64,000 nucleotides of DNA from a virus. Lineage: Duplodnaviria; Heunggongvirae; Uroviricota; Caudoviricetes. Where the stretch lies: the IMG/VR virus record IMGVR_UViG_3300045923_000005, positions 51,764 to 115,763 of that record, one strand, 5' to 3'. The notes below the pieces were generated by a model. The model worked only from the letters and a program-made list of their open reading frames with translations, made no database searches and was not told the origin of the DNA. This document shows, in pieces, positions 36,181-45,438 of this stretch. The position numbers and the translations under genes were made by a program. Numbering within the stretch: the stretch's first letter is position 1; every line of letters starts with the position of its first letter.

Positions 36181-36420
36181 TTATATAGTCGCTGTCTTGT
36201 TGTTCTTAATGTCCTCGCGGGTCTTTGCTAGAATGGCGTCCCATTCTTCAGGTGTACGGTTGTGGTCGGCCGTCCATCTATCATGAACCTCTTGCCATTC
36301 CGCATGATGTGGTGCGCACATCTTAAGGTAGCCTTTGGGGTCCGTGTAGCAGCCACACTTGACCGGCTTACCATTCACCATCGTCACAATCTTGTTCATT
36401 ATATGTCTCGGCCGTCCCAA
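36181..36420 (-). CDS. hypothetical Cys/His-containing protein (79 aa)
   Basis: CGCYTDPKGYLKMCAPHH; last gene before the terminator. Confidence 0.35.
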   Translation of the reverse strand: MGRPRHIMNKIVTMVNGKPVKCGCYTDPKGYLKMCAPHHAEWQEVHDRWTADHNRTPEEWDAILAKTREDIKNNKTATI

Positions 36421-36737
36421 TCATCGGCTAGCGGTTTCTTGAAATTAGGATCTGGTCTCCAAACACAACGCGGATCGTCCCAGGTCATGATCTTGTTGCC
36501 ATCATATGGATCCATGTGAGTCTTCTTCAGGTTCCAGGGCTCAAGTGCCCACAGACCGGCTCCTGGAATACGAACGTTGAATACTATACGATTGTTGTCG
36601 GGATGGATATAGGCTAGACGCTCAATGACGCCTTCCTTGCCGTTGTGGATAGCTTCCTCGCCAACCATGCCGTGGATCAGAACGATTTCACCTTGGGTGA
36701 ACTTTCTAGGATAGGTTTCTGCGGACATCTTACCCAC
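36399..36737 (-). CDS. hypothetical protein with SH3/Tudor-like GEIVLIHGMVGEEAIHNGKEGVI motif (112 aa)
   Basis: motif resembles the repeat unit of the 768-aa His-rich protein. Confidence 0.4.
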   Translation of the reverse strand: MGKMSAETYPRKFTQGEIVLIHGMVGEEAIHNGKEGVIERLAYIHPDNNRIVFNVRIPGAGLWALEPWNLKKTHMDPYDGNKIMTWDDPRCVWRPDPNFKKPLADDWDGRDI

Positions 36738-36762
36738 CAGCGTTACCTCGATGAGTTATTTA

Positions 36763-36969
36763 TCAGAACGGGTTGTCATTGTCGTCTTTCTTAGCTTCTT
36801 CCCGATCGGCTATCATTTGAAGCCTGCTGAGCGCAAAGAAGAATACTGCGGCAAGGATGAAGACGAACCACATCCCGGTATACTCACCATAGTGAATCCA
36901 GCGCTCTATATAACTCAGAGAGCCACAAATATAGATCCACATGTAGTATCCGTAGAATCTTACATTCAT
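36763..36969 (-). CDS. small membrane protein (68 aa)
   Basis: two hydrophobic segments. Confidence 0.35.
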   Translation of the reverse strand: MNVRFYGYYMWIYICGSLSYIERWIHYGEYTGMWFVFILAAVFFFALSRLQMIADREEAKKDDNDNPF

Positions 36970-37214
36970 GCCTTTATGAACGTCCCTTCCTCTAGAGCCT
37001 TCCTTATGTAGCGCATGAAGATGATAGCCTTGTCTATCGCTTCTAAGGTCGCGTCTCCGATGTCATTCTGAGGCACCGGGAAAATGAAAGTCTGCATTCC
37101 GCCGATAGGGTCCTCGACGTAGCACTCAACCTTGTAATAAAAGTGACCGGCTCGATACTTGACGAACTGGACGGTGTTGTTCTTGACGATGTCTTTGATA
37201 GCAGGAATTGGCAT
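36966..37214 (-). CDS. hypothetical protein (82 aa)
   Basis: coupled ORF (ATGA overlap). Confidence 0.35.
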   Translation of the reverse strand: MPIPAIKDIVKNNTVQFVKYRAGHFYYKVECYVEDPIGGMQTFIFPVPQNDIGDATLEAIDKAIIFMRYIRKALEEGTFIKA

Positions 37215-37505
37215 TCAGCCTCCGAAGAAATGTTTGGTCGCCCAGATACTTAGGCATGAGCCGCAAGCGCCACCAAGGGTGCTGCCGGCGATGCTCCAGT
37301 AGTCACGTGCCTTCTCATCTTCTATGATCAGCTTGCCGATGATCATGTTCTGAAACACGATCATGGTGTCGGTGACAGCCGTCCAAACGTACAGGCCGAT
37401 GGCCAGTGCTCGAATGTTGGCGGTCACTACGAAAAATGACAGCATCATCTCAAAGAAGAAGAACAAAAACCGGTAGTATTTGTTCTGTGGCGTTGAAAGC
37501 TTCAC
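37215..37505 (-). CDS. small membrane protein (96 aa)
   Basis: hydrophobic helices FLFFFFEMMLSFFVV…. Confidence 0.35.
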   Translation of the reverse strand: MKLSTPQNKYYRFLFFFFEMMLSFFVVTANIRALAIGLYVWTAVTDTMIVFQNMIIGKLIIEDEKARDYWSIAGSTLGGACGSCLSIWATKHFFGG

Positions 37506-37741
37506 GCGCTTTCGCCAAACACTATCTGCGGAGCGCTGTTCGCTGCTGCGATAGCACGAGCACGCTTGCGGGTGACCTTGATCAACGGTTGAACGTCATA
37601 GACGCCCAGATCGATCATCTTGGTCCGCGCCTCGGCGACCTTCGCAGCATGCGCCGCATCCCGCTCAGCACGAGCCTGGAGCTCGGCCTCGGTCGGTGTG
37701 TTGAAGAAAGGTTGCTTGCGTTTTCTACTGAAGAGACCCAT
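37502..37741 (-). CDS. hypothetical basic protein (79 aa)
   Basis: coupled ORF. Confidence 0.3.
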   Translation of the reverse strand: MGLFSRKRKQPFFNTPTEAELQARAERDAAHAAKVAEARTKMIDLGVYDVQPLIKVTRKRARAIAAANSAPQIVFGESA

Positions 37742-37750
37742 GTTGGTTCC

Positions 37751-38119
37751 TTACTGGCTGACGACGTGAGTGTATGCGGTCGCGTATTTCGCGGTCGGCG
37801 GAGCGACGACGGTGTTGCCATCTTTGTCCGTGTAAATGCGGAGTTGCTGCTTGGAAACCCGTTTGGCCGGAACTATCCGACCGTTGGCGTAGTGCTTGCC
37901 GATGTTTTGGATTTCGATGAGGGTCGATTCGACCGGAACGAAAGTGAACCGGGTGCAACCTCGTGAAAAGGCTGTCGGGACCGCCTGCTCTTCCTGTGAG
38001 CTAATGACGTCCGTAACGATGTACTTGTTCTGCCAAGCACCGTCGGTCGCGAAAAGGCTACCGACTTCGATACTGAACTCATTGGCCTTGACGCGGCGAA
38101 CGTTGTTTGCTTGATTCAT
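37751..38119 (-). CDS. hypothetical protein (122 aa)
   Basis: first gene after cassette copy C; GTATAATAG 7 nt upstream of the ATG. Confidence 0.4.
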   Translation of the reverse strand: MNQANNVRRVKANEFSIEVGSLFATDGAWQNKYIVTDVISSQEEQAVPTAFSRGCTRFTFVPVESTLIEIQNIGKHYANGRIVPAKRVSKQQLRIYTDKDGNTVVAPPTAKYATAYTHVVSQ

Positions 38120-38121
38120 GT

Positions 38122-38205
38122 GGACTATTATACACCAAATCTAGAAGATAGGGTGCTGATTTAACTTATTTCCAAAGTATCTTTTAGAAACGTTAACTAG
38201 TACCG
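38122..38205. repeat. conserved intergenic cassette copy C
   Basis: ggacTATTATACaccaaatctagaagatagggtgctgATTTAACTTATTTccaaagtatcttttagaaaCGTTAACTAGTACCG. Confidence 0.7.
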
Positions 38206-38382
38206 TTATTTGCGGCCAATCAGATGAACCTGTGAATCAGGAATGACTTCATAGGCTCCTTTGTTGGCCGCAATGGCGACGGTGAACTTCTTAGGAGGAG
38301 ATCCGCAGAAGATGCAGGTCTTGTACCCTAGTTCCAAACGACGCGGCTCGATGATCTCTTCACAGAGCGGTCGCGAACACAT
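38206..38382 (-). CDS. zinc-ribbon protein (~58 aa; internal ATG of the 94-aa table ORF)
   Basis: CSRPLCEE…CIFCG (CxxxxC…CxxC); the ATG overlaps the stop of an upstream 59-aa TM ORF as TAATG. Confidence 0.35.
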   Translation of the reverse strand: MCSRPLCEEIIEPRRLELGYKTCIFCGSPPKKFTVAIAANKGAYEVIPDSQVHLIGRK

Positions 38383-38561
38383 TACTTCTTGAACCACACG
38401 TATCTCGCTTTGATGTAGATCCAAATACAAAGACCGAGGAAGTTTTGGGCTAACCACATAATGATGTCCGCGATGAAGGTACACAACCACACGGTTAACA
38501 CTCCAGCTGCTAATAGAAGTAGCAGATAAATCGTTTCACCGATTGCTGAGTAGAATGTCAT
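38382..38561 (-). CDS. small two-helix membrane protein (59 aa, not in the ORF table)
   Basis: MTFYSAIGETIYLLLLLAAGVLTVWLCTFIADIIMWLAQNFLGLCIWIYIK…; ATG start, coupled to the zinc-ribbon ORF. Confidence 0.3.
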   Translation of the reverse strand: MTFYSAIGETIYLLLLLAAGVLTVWLCTFIADIIMWLAQNFLGLCIWIYIKARYVWFKK

Positions 38562-38768
38562 CAGTTATTTAGCGACGCTCCTGGTGCTCGAAGTAAGAAG
38601 GAGCGGGCAGTCCCTTTTGTTGGGGAACCTGAGCCGCGCGATTCTTGCTCTCACTTTTAATCCAGTCATCGATAGCCCTACTATGAGCAGTTGGGGATCG
38701 TTGCGCTGTTGGCGCTTTGGTTTTCCTGAACAGACCGAACATTTCCTAACTCCACGTCAACATAATAT

Positions 38769-39233
38769 TCATGCGCGGCGGGTCCGACGACCTTTGGTTC
38801 GCCTAACTCTACGTGCGGTTTTTCCTTTCTTCGCTCTTTCACTTTTCCTCTCTTGCTTCACACGCCACTTATGTGCTATGGCTATGTTGGCTGCTCCCTG
38901 TCTGAATGCTTCCAGGGAACTATTGTTCCTCATCATGTTACATTGCCAATGCACTAAACGCACATTGCCTTCAACGTAACCCTTACCCGCATCAATTTGA
39001 TCCGGTGAGACCTGATTCAAATTCTTGTTTCCGATACCTTTTACAAACTCCATGGGCAACCGACACTCGTCACAAACACAACCCTGTTCGACGTAGAGCA
39101 ACATCATGTTCTCTGGCGTCATGTAGTCACCATTGAAGAAGGTCTTTTGATTCTTCTTCTTGGACCTCTGCTTGGCTCTACCACACATTCGGGCGAGGCA
39201 AGCGAGCTCAGGGCTGAAGTTTAGACGCGGCAT
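38769..39233 (-). CDS. HNH endonuclease-like protein with basic C-terminal tail
   Basis: VSPDQIDAGKGYVEGNVRLVHWQCN, an HNH motif similar to the 5729..6280 product. Confidence 0.5.
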   Translation of the reverse strand: MPRLNFSPELACLARMCGRAKQRSKKKNQKTFFNGDYMTPENMMLLYVEQGCVCDECRLPMEFVKGIGNKNLNQVSPDQIDAGKGYVEGNVRLVHWQCNMMRNNSSLEAFRQGAANIAIAHKWRVKQERKSERAKKGKTARRVRRTKGRRTRRA

Positions 39234-39556
39234 CAGTTCAGCTTAGAGATGACGACCATCTTGTAGCCAATCAGGTACGGATAGCGAACTGTTGTCGTGG
39301 TCGTTGGCTCAAGGATCTGAGTCAAACGGTCTTCACGATCAATCTGGTCCTTGACTGTAAAGGCAGCGGGTGATCCAAGACCCATGTCCATGAATAGACC
39401 CATTTCCTCAACCTTGGAGATCTTGTTTCCCTTCCGGGTATAAGATGTCATGTTCTCGAAGATAGCGCCTGGACCGCGTACTGTGCCGAGGTCGGCAGCC
39501 GTAGCAACAATCCGCTTGGTATTTTCATCGACCTTAAAGAGATTCACGGGAAACAT
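39233..39556 (-). CDS. hypothetical protein (107 aa)
   Basis: coupled ORF. Confidence 0.35.
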   Translation of the reverse strand: MFPVNLFKVDENTKRIVATAADLGTVRGPGAIFENMTSYTRKGNKISKVEEMGLFMDMGLGSPAAFTVKDQIDREDRLTQILEPTTTTTVRYPYLIGYKMVVISKLN

Positions 39557-39900
39557 TAATGTACTGCGCCTCGTTGTTCCAACATAGCAAACTGAGCCTG
39601 TAAGTGCTCAGATAAACCTTTCCATTCCTTGGCCGCTGCCCAACCGTTATCGGCATGGGACTTCCATTCATCACGTTGCTTGATCAAGGATTGGCAGTCT
39701 TTGATCAGCTGATCACGTTGAGCTACAACCTGATCAATCACATTCCTGTACGCCGCCAAACGGTCGTTCTGCTTCCTTAGAATATCAGCGGCCAACTCAT
39801 TAGCAGAATGAGAGATGTCCAATGCTGATTTCAAATCCCTGACGCTAGGGAAGATATCCAACACATTAAATGTTGCGGATGATTTCTTCGGCTCGGTCAC
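39556..39900 (-). CDS. hypothetical coiled-coil protein (114 aa)
   Basis: heptad-rich, coupled ORF. Confidence 0.35.
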   Translation of the reverse strand: MTEPKKSSATFNVLDIFPSVRDLKSALDISHSANELAADILRKQNDRLAAYRNVIDQVVAQRDQLIKDCQSLIKQRDEWKSHADNGWAAAKEWKGLSEHLQAQFAMLEQRGAVH

Positions 39901-40258
39901 TCAGCTTCTCCGCTTCAACATTGTAACGGTTGCCAGCTTTGATTATCTGGCGAACCTGTAAGACTACGGGAGCCAACTCAGTGAGTGTATCCCGGTAGCG
40001 GTTGCGTAATGCCTTCTCTGCGTCAGCAAAGTGTCGCCAGTCCTTGGCCTTGGTCTCAGCGGCATCGCGCTCCCTGATCAATCGTACGACGTTAGAGGCT
40101 AGGTCCAGGACCTCTACCTTCATTGCGTCCAACTTACCTTGAAGCTTGTCAGCCTCTTGACCCAGCTGCCACATGCGCTTGGTCTTGGCGTCACGATCAT
40201 TCGTAATACGAACCAAGTCGGCCGTTAGTTGGAGAATCTGATCGTCTTTCTTAGACAT
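39866..40258 (-). CDS. hypothetical coiled-coil protein (130 aa)
   Basis: heptad-rich. Confidence 0.35.
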   Translation of the reverse strand: MSKKDDQILQLTADLVRITNDRDAKTKRMWQLGQEADKLQGKLDAMKVEVLDLASNVVRLIRERDAAETKAKDWRHFADAEKALRNRYRDTLTELAPVVLQVRQIIKAGNRYNVEAEKLSDRAEEIIRNI

Positions 40259-40474
40259 TCTTGAGTCCTAACTTATCCTCTAGCTCGGTGCGCCGCGCAC
40301 GCAAACGAAAAATCTCATTATGATCCGCAATTGACGGAGCGGCGAAGTAGCTCTTCAACAGCTTGTTCAGCTTGTCGTTGATCTCAGCGATTTCCCAAAG
40401 GATCCAAACACGACCGGCAGGACTGATCATTTATTGAACCTCCAACTCTATTATACCGTACATTATTGTAAGAG

Positions 40475-40690
40475 TTAATTGGATGGGTAAATGACGGACT
40501 TCCATCCAATCAATCGTCCCTGCCATTCAGCAACAATTTCGTCATCCTTGATAACCCAAACGGTGCGATTCTTAAAATCTTCGGCCGTTTCACAAGCTTT
40601 AGTGAGACTCTTGAATACACCAGGAACTTCGATGTAATCGCCGATTTCCTTTCTAAGATTTTCTACTTTGATTCTTAATCGGTAACTCAT
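40475..40690 (-). CDS. hypothetical protein (71 aa)
   Basis: small ORF in accessory array. Confidence 0.3.
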   Translation of the reverse strand: MSYRLRIKVENLRKEIGDYIEVPGVFKSLTKACETAEDFKNRTVWVIKDDEIVAEWQGRLIGWKSVIYPSN

Positions 40691-40929
40691 ACCAAACCCC
40701 GAGCCTTAGCAACATCACGAGCAAAGTCACTCAAATGAGGAATACCAGCATTAACCACATACAGGAGAGCCGTGTTGTTACGGTTCCCTAGAAGTTCCGA
40801 GTGAAACTTCTTGTTATAGGTCCACATCGTTGTTCCCTTGTTGAACTTGGACCAACTGGCTTTCAGCGCGGCAATATGCGCATTACTCCAAGGCACAACT
40901 TCCTCATCAAGAAACATTTCAAGTGTCAT
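40687..40929 (-). CDS. hypothetical protein (80 aa)
   Basis: coupled ORF. Confidence 0.3.
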   Translation of the reverse strand: MTLEMFLDEEVVPWSNAHIAALKASWSKFNKGTTMWTYNKKFHSELLGNRNNTALLYVVNAGIPHLSDFARDVAKARGLV

Positions 40930-41169
40930 TTAGATTCCCATTGCCTTGTATGTTTTGATAAGAACTTCATTCGTACCGAAACGGGTATAGACGTTGGTAG
41001 TCTGCCGCCCATCTTCGGTCTTAGTTTCAATCACCAGAATATCCCAGCAACCATAACCGGCCTGCGTAAGACCATCATGTCGGCGCTCCAGAGCGGCCCG
41101 ATCCTCTAGGTTGGTGTGGACATCATGGGAACCATCCATGCGGACAGCGATGATCGTATAGTTACTCAT
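40930..41169 (-). CDS. hypothetical protein (79 aa)
   Basis: coupled ORF. Confidence 0.3.
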   Translation of the reverse strand: MSNYTIIAVRMDGSHDVHTNLEDRAALERRHDGLTQAGYGCWDILVIETKTEDGRQTTNVYTRFGTNEVLIKTYKAMGI

Positions 41170-41452
41170 GTTTCATCCTCGGAAAGAAATCTGCAAGGGA
41201 CTGATGTAAGGGTTTCGCGTTCTTGCGCGCTTCGATGATGTTCAACAAAATCTTGTCATCGCGCTTCTTAATTTTACTGGCTTCTTTCTCCAGGTCCATT
41301 GTGTGACCCAGATCCTCAAGCATAATAGAAATCTCATCACACAACCATTGCCTGTTCTGGTATATAGCATGATCCCGATGATGAAAGCCTACTCCATACC
41401 GGTCAACGTAGAGCCGGCAGAAGATTTCCTGAAGATGAGAAAGTTCAATCAT
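41162..41452 (-). CDS. hypothetical protein (96 aa)
   Basis: GGGAGG SD 13 nt upstream; preceded by a 15-codon mini-ORF whose TGA overlaps this ATG. Confidence 0.35.
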   Translation of the reverse strand: MIELSHLQEIFCRLYVDRYGVGFHHRDHAIYQNRQWLCDEISIMLEDLGHTMDLEKEASKIKKRDDKILLNIIEARKNAKPLHQSLADFFPRMKHE

Positions 41453-41509
41453 TGAATATGATAACCTCCCAACCAGGGAGTTGTGGTATACAACATAGAG
41501 GGTATTATA

Positions 41510-41566
41510 CTCTAAATTGTACGCAAGTAAAGCGCAATTTAACTTAATGACCGGTACTAGTTAACG
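41510..41566. repeat. conserved intergenic cassette copy D (3' box inverted)
   Basis: ggTATTATACtctaaattgtacgcaagtaaagcgcaATTTAACTTAatgaCCGGTACTAGTTAACG. Confidence 0.6.
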
Positions 41567-41568
41567 CT

Positions 41569-41847
41569 TCAGACTAAAAGACTCTCAAGTTTCTTGCGAG
41601 CCGGTCCATGGGTGATCTCTGGTTCGGGCATATCATTCCAGTGGTCTCGCAGGACCTTCTCAAACTTGGCTATGACCATGTCCTCTTCTTTGATGGTGAG
41701 GAAAGGCTTACCGTTCTTCCAGAAGCGGATGGTGGGGATACCATCCTCGATAACCGCGCGCTTGGTGATGTCGAACTTGCTACCGTGTGGAGTTTTGATC
41801 TTAGGTCGATCAACCGAGTGAACAAGCTTAAGCGATGACATAGTCAT
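41569..41847 (-). CDS. hypothetical protein (92 aa)
   Basis: coupled ORF. Confidence 0.3.
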   Translation of the reverse strand: MTMSSLKLVHSVDRPKIKTPHGSKFDITKRAVIEDGIPTIRFWKNGKPFLTIKEEDMVIAKFEKVLRDHWNDMPEPEITHGPARKKLESLLV

Positions 41848-42094
41848 TGAACGCCTTCTCTACACGAGCCTTGATGCGCCGATAAGCCTTGCGGGTTATG
41901 CGTCGACGGTATCCAGCCGCACTCTCTTCTCCAATCCAGCGACCATAGTTGTCGTAACGTCGGACGCGACGTTCTAGATTGTCTGCTATGGCACGAGCGA
42001 TGGCCATAGCAGCTGTTTTGGGTTGACCGTACCGGCGACCACCCACTTCCATACAGAGGATTATCTTGGCTTTAATTTTGAAGTAAGGTCTCAT
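41828..42094 (-). CDS. hypothetical basic protein (88 aa)
   Basis: coupled ORF. Confidence 0.3.
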   Translation of the reverse strand: MRPYFKIKAKIILCMEVGGRRYGQPKTAAMAIARAIADNLERRVRRYDNYGRWIGEESAAGYRRRITRKAYRRIKARVEKAFNDYVIA

Positions 42095-42531
42095 ACCAGG
42101 TCCTTGAGCTCTTGGTACATGGTGTGATACTTGATCACACGTTCAATGTCTTTGGGGCGCACACCCTTTAGACGGCGGATGTCGCTGTTGTGCCGGAGGT
42201 CTGCCAGCTTGACGTGGATAGCGTCCTTGTTGGCTTTGATACCGGCTAGATACTCTTCAGGCGTCTGGCCGTCGATCTTAGTCAATGCCATGATGCCATC
42301 GGCAATCCGGTCATTGAAGACCTGCCGGAGGAATCCGTAAGAGACGTTGGTGTCTTCGATCAAGTCATGACCCAGTGCTATGCACTGGAGCTCCTCGTCA
42401 TCAGTCTTGGTGTAGTGCATGACCTTGAGGCAGTGGAGCACGTAGGGCTGGCCACCTTTGTCAAACTTACCAGAGAATTTGTTGGTGACTAGGACCAACA
42501 TGATGTCGAGCAATTCGCCTTTTTTGATCAT
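42091..42531 (-). CDS. small (p)ppGpp hydrolase, RelA/SpoT-family HD domain (Mesh1-like)
   Basis: HCLKV…IALGHDLIEDT…KLADLRHNSD match the SpoT hydrolase signatures H…LLHDVVEDT…KLADRLHNMR. Confidence 0.7.
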   Translation of the reverse strand: MIKKGELLDIMLVLVTNKFSGKFDKGGQPYVLHCLKVMHYTKTDDEELQCIALGHDLIEDTNVSYGFLRQVFNDRIADGIMALTKIDGQTPEEYLAGIKANKDAIHVKLADLRHNSDIRRLKGVRPKDIERVIKYHTMYQELKDLV

Positions 42532-43045
42532 GACTTAAGTATACTAGATTGTACGGAGAAAGGGGAACGATTTAACTTAATACAGAACTTTATTTTCCAG
42601 ATCACGACCAACATTCATGGGCCATACGATCGGCGTCACCTGGTATATTTTCGCCACAATTGAAACACCATGTTGCGCGCTTATCGTTGGATAGCTGGGC
42701 TGCTAGGGCAGCAGCTTGTGGGTGATCTTGTTCCTGATCACGTCGAAGCTGCTCCTCTAGTGCGGCCTTAGCTGTGGATGCGCTTGATGACATAGGGAAC
42801 CTCTAGACCGAGGATCTCCCGCACGATATCGCCGATGATGCTCTGGACGTAGGCATGCTTGGAGCAGTAGGCTTCTACGGTCTCACCGTTATGAAGGTTG
42901 TCCCAGATCTCACGACGAGCGGTGCTCTCGTTGATCCAGGTCTTCAAATTCTCGACGTGTACATTAAAATTGTCAGCCATTTATTTCACCCTGCTTTCAT
43001 AGTAAGCTCAAAGAGTGGACTGGTTGCCCAGTCCACTGATTCAGA

Positions 43046-43999
43046 TTACTTCGTCTGAACTGGAGTGTTCAAGAAAGGAATCGGAGCACCGGCATAGATG
43101 TTTTCCGGCAGCTTGCCGTCCCACTTCTTTGCCTTCTCCATTTCGACTTCGATGCGCCGCAGTTCCAGGACGTCCCGGTTCTGAGCCAGAGCAGCATTCT
43201 GCACCTTCAACGCATCAGCCTGAGCGGTTGCGTTCTTCAGCAATGCATACGCATCACCGTCGGCACGTGCGCGCACGGCATCAGCAGCCTTCTGTGCAAT
43301 CTCAACGTTGGACTGCTGTTCAGCGGCAACGGTCAGCTGACGCTTAGTGGCGGTCTGAAGCAACTGGTCCTGCTGAACCTTTTCGTTGATGGCCTTCTGA
43401 TAAAGAGGGTCATACTCGAACTTGGTCATGTCAACCTGAATGACTTGCGCACCATAGACAGCCAGCTTGGCAGCCAACAGCGTGCGGACTTCATTGGATA
43501 CTTCCTGACGCTTATTCAAAAGGTCGGGAGCAGTATACTTCGCAGTCACAGCCTTGAAGGTTTCATGTGTAGCAGAATCAACGTAAGAAGACAGGTCACC
43601 ATCGTGGCTGTATTTCTCATAGACCTCGGCTACCTTGTTTGGTTCGATGCTGTAACGCACAACCAGGGACGTAGTAACCGGCTGCTGGTCGCTTGTACCA
43701 CCAACGGCATTGTCGATCTTCGCAGTCTCAGCACGGATGCTGAAAATCTGCAAATGTTCCCAGAACCAAACTAGGTGACGACCCTCCGGCTCGATCTTCG
43801 TGATAGCACCACCATTGGTGACGACACCACGAGTACCGGTAGAGACAGACGTAATCGGGTTGAGGATCAACACAGCAATCAAAAGCACGACACCAATCAC
43901 GACGTCACGGATCAACTTCACAACGTTGAGATCCTGGCGAGCAGGCGCACCGGCCCGCGCGCTCGGCGTCTCAGTAATATAACGATTCAAAATACTCAC
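43046..43999 (-). CDS. SPFH/band-7 (prohibitin/HflK-like) membrane protein
   Basis: N-terminal TM helix VVIGVVLLIAVLIL, SPFH core, long Ala/Gln-rich coiled-coil C-terminus; 317 aa. Confidence 0.75.
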   Translation of the reverse strand: MSILNRYITETPSARAGAPARQDLNVVKLIRDVVIGVVLLIAVLILNPITSVSTGTRGVVTNGGAITKIEPEGRHLVWFWEHLQIFSIRAETAKIDNAVGGTSDQQPVTTSLVVRYSIEPNKVAEVYEKYSHDGDLSSYVDSATHETFKAVTAKYTAPDLLNKRQEVSNEVRTLLAAKLAVYGAQVIQVDMTKFEYDPLYQKAINEKVQQDQLLQTATKRQLTVAAEQQSNVEIAQKAADAVRARADGDAYALLKNATAQADALKVQNAALAQNRDVLELRRIEVEMEKAKKWDGKLPENIYAGAPIPFLNTPVQTK

Positions 44000-44053
44000 A
44001 AGTTCTCCTTAATTATAACAATCAACATCAAACAAATAGACCAGACCAAATAA

Positions 44054-44278
44054 CTACGGATTTCTTGGTCCTGTATAGAAATTTGCCACAACCTTCGTAA
44101 CAGTCGTGATACTTTGCCGGGTATTCTTAGCGGCAACTTCAAGAGCCAAAGAGTGATGACACCAATCCGTGATAGCATCGCGGTATTCTCTGCAGATAGC
44201 ATCTATGACTTGCCTGTAATGAGGCTTGAGGGATTCAAGGCTTTTGATATCCGTGTTCGCGGTCAGTGTGACCATCAC
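44054..44278 (-). CDS. hypothetical protein (74 aa)
   Basis: GTATAATA box 6 nt upstream of the ATG. Confidence 0.3.
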   Translation of the reverse strand: MMVTLTANTDIKSLESLKPHYRQVIDAICREYRDAITDWCHHSLALEVAAKNTRQSITTVTKVVANFYTGPRNP

Positions 44279-44306
44279 TATATTATACGCCTGTTATCTG
44301 TAAGAG

Positions 44307-44822
44307 TTAACAACCGTTTACACTGGAGTCCGCGATGTAGGTCAATGGTACGTCATTGTAGCCATCTATCCACACCGAGGAATTGGTCCTGTAGCCGCGC
44401 ATATAGAGCGCGACACCAACCAGCTTGGGATACTTAGGCTTTGTGTTGGGATTGTCATGCTTGTAGAGGACACGCTGGTTGATGGTTTTCACCGTCTGCC
44501 GGATGGTATCACCGGAGCACACGAAGTCGTCCAGGATAAGATATCGCTTTATGTCGATACGATGATCACCCTCTACTGCCCAGCCATGGCTGGAGTCACT
44601 AGGCCTACCGTCGTCCCAAGTCTTGCGCACTAGCAAGAGCGGGATACCGGTCTCATAGCTCAACGGGAAAGCGATGGAGGCACCACTGAATCCACGGAAG
44701 GCAATGACATCAAATTTCAGCTTGGCCTTCAACTTGACGATTCGAGGAGCAATTTCCTCAATGAGATTCTTGAGATCATCTGCGCGCAGGGAAACCTGCA
44801 TATACGAAGTGTCAAAATTCAC
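44307..44822 (-). CDS. type I phosphoribosyltransferase-domain protein
   Basis: PRPP-binding loop LILDDFVCSGDTIRQT and the upstream FRGFSGASIAFPLS…LLLVRK PRTase core; 171 aa. Confidence 0.7.
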   Translation of the reverse strand: MNFDTSYMQVSLRADDLKNLIEEIAPRIVKLKAKLKFDVIAFRGFSGASIAFPLSYETGIPLLLVRKTWDDGRPSDSSHGWAVEGDHRIDIKRYLILDDFVCSGDTIRQTVKTINQRVLYKHDNPNTKPKYPKLVGVALYMRGYRTNSSVWIDGYNDVPLTYIADSSVNGC

Positions 44823-44831
44823 AACGGCTCC

Positions 44832-44987
44832 TTAAGCCTTGAACACGAAATACCAACCAGCGATGGCCGCCAGAAGAAATATGACCTTGACGATGATGTT
44901 GAGCAACGTCGAACGCGACCAAGCAACGAACCACAGGGTGTTCCAGATGCTTACGGCCACGATGAATTGGAGAGAAGTGATCATATT
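44832..44987 (-). CDS. 51-aa hydrophobic peptide (not in the ORF table)
   Basis: MITSLQFIVAVSIWNTLWFVAWSRSTLLNIIVKVIFLLAAIAGWYFVFKA between the PRTase and the next ORF. Confidence 0.25.
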   Translation of the reverse strand, partial: NMITSLQFIVAVSIWNTLWFVAWSRSTLLNIIVKVIFLLAAIAGWYFVFKA

Positions 44988-45438
44988 ATTTCCCTAGAAG
45001 TTTCTTGCGGAGAGCGATGACTTTGGCGAGCTTGGACAATGCACCCATTTCGCCAAGATTGTATTCGGCATACTCGAACACTTCTTCTAGAAGTTTGTCG
45101 TCGGCGCGTTTTTCATCCGCTGACTTCTGACGACTGGCAAGAATTTCTGCCATTACCTCAGCCTGACGTTTCTTTCTGGCTTCTATGCGTTGGATATGTT
45201 CCAAGCATTCCCTATGAACCTTCTCAATGTCGGGATGAGGACCACGGCGACCATAGTAGCCGCTATCATCTTCGCGCGCCCAACCCTCAGCCATATCCTG
45301 CTTGGTGGAGTCTCTCCAATCCAAACCGGGTGAGTTCATCGACAAAATCTGCCCAACAACACTCGTAGAGATTCCACGGAAGGTTTTCTTGAATAAGTCG
45401 ATCCGCGATTGCTCGCGTTTTGAAATTTGTCTGGCCAT
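44986..45438 (-). CDS. hypothetical protein (150 aa)
   Basis: charged, helical; coupled ORF. Confidence 0.35.
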   Translation of the reverse strand: MARQISKREQSRIDLFKKTFRGISTSVVGQILSMNSPGLDWRDSTKQDMAEGWAREDDSGYYGRRGPHPDIEKVHRECLEHIQRIEARKKRQAEVMAEILASRQKSADEKRADDKLLEEVFEYAEYNLGEMGALSKLAKVIALRKKLLGK

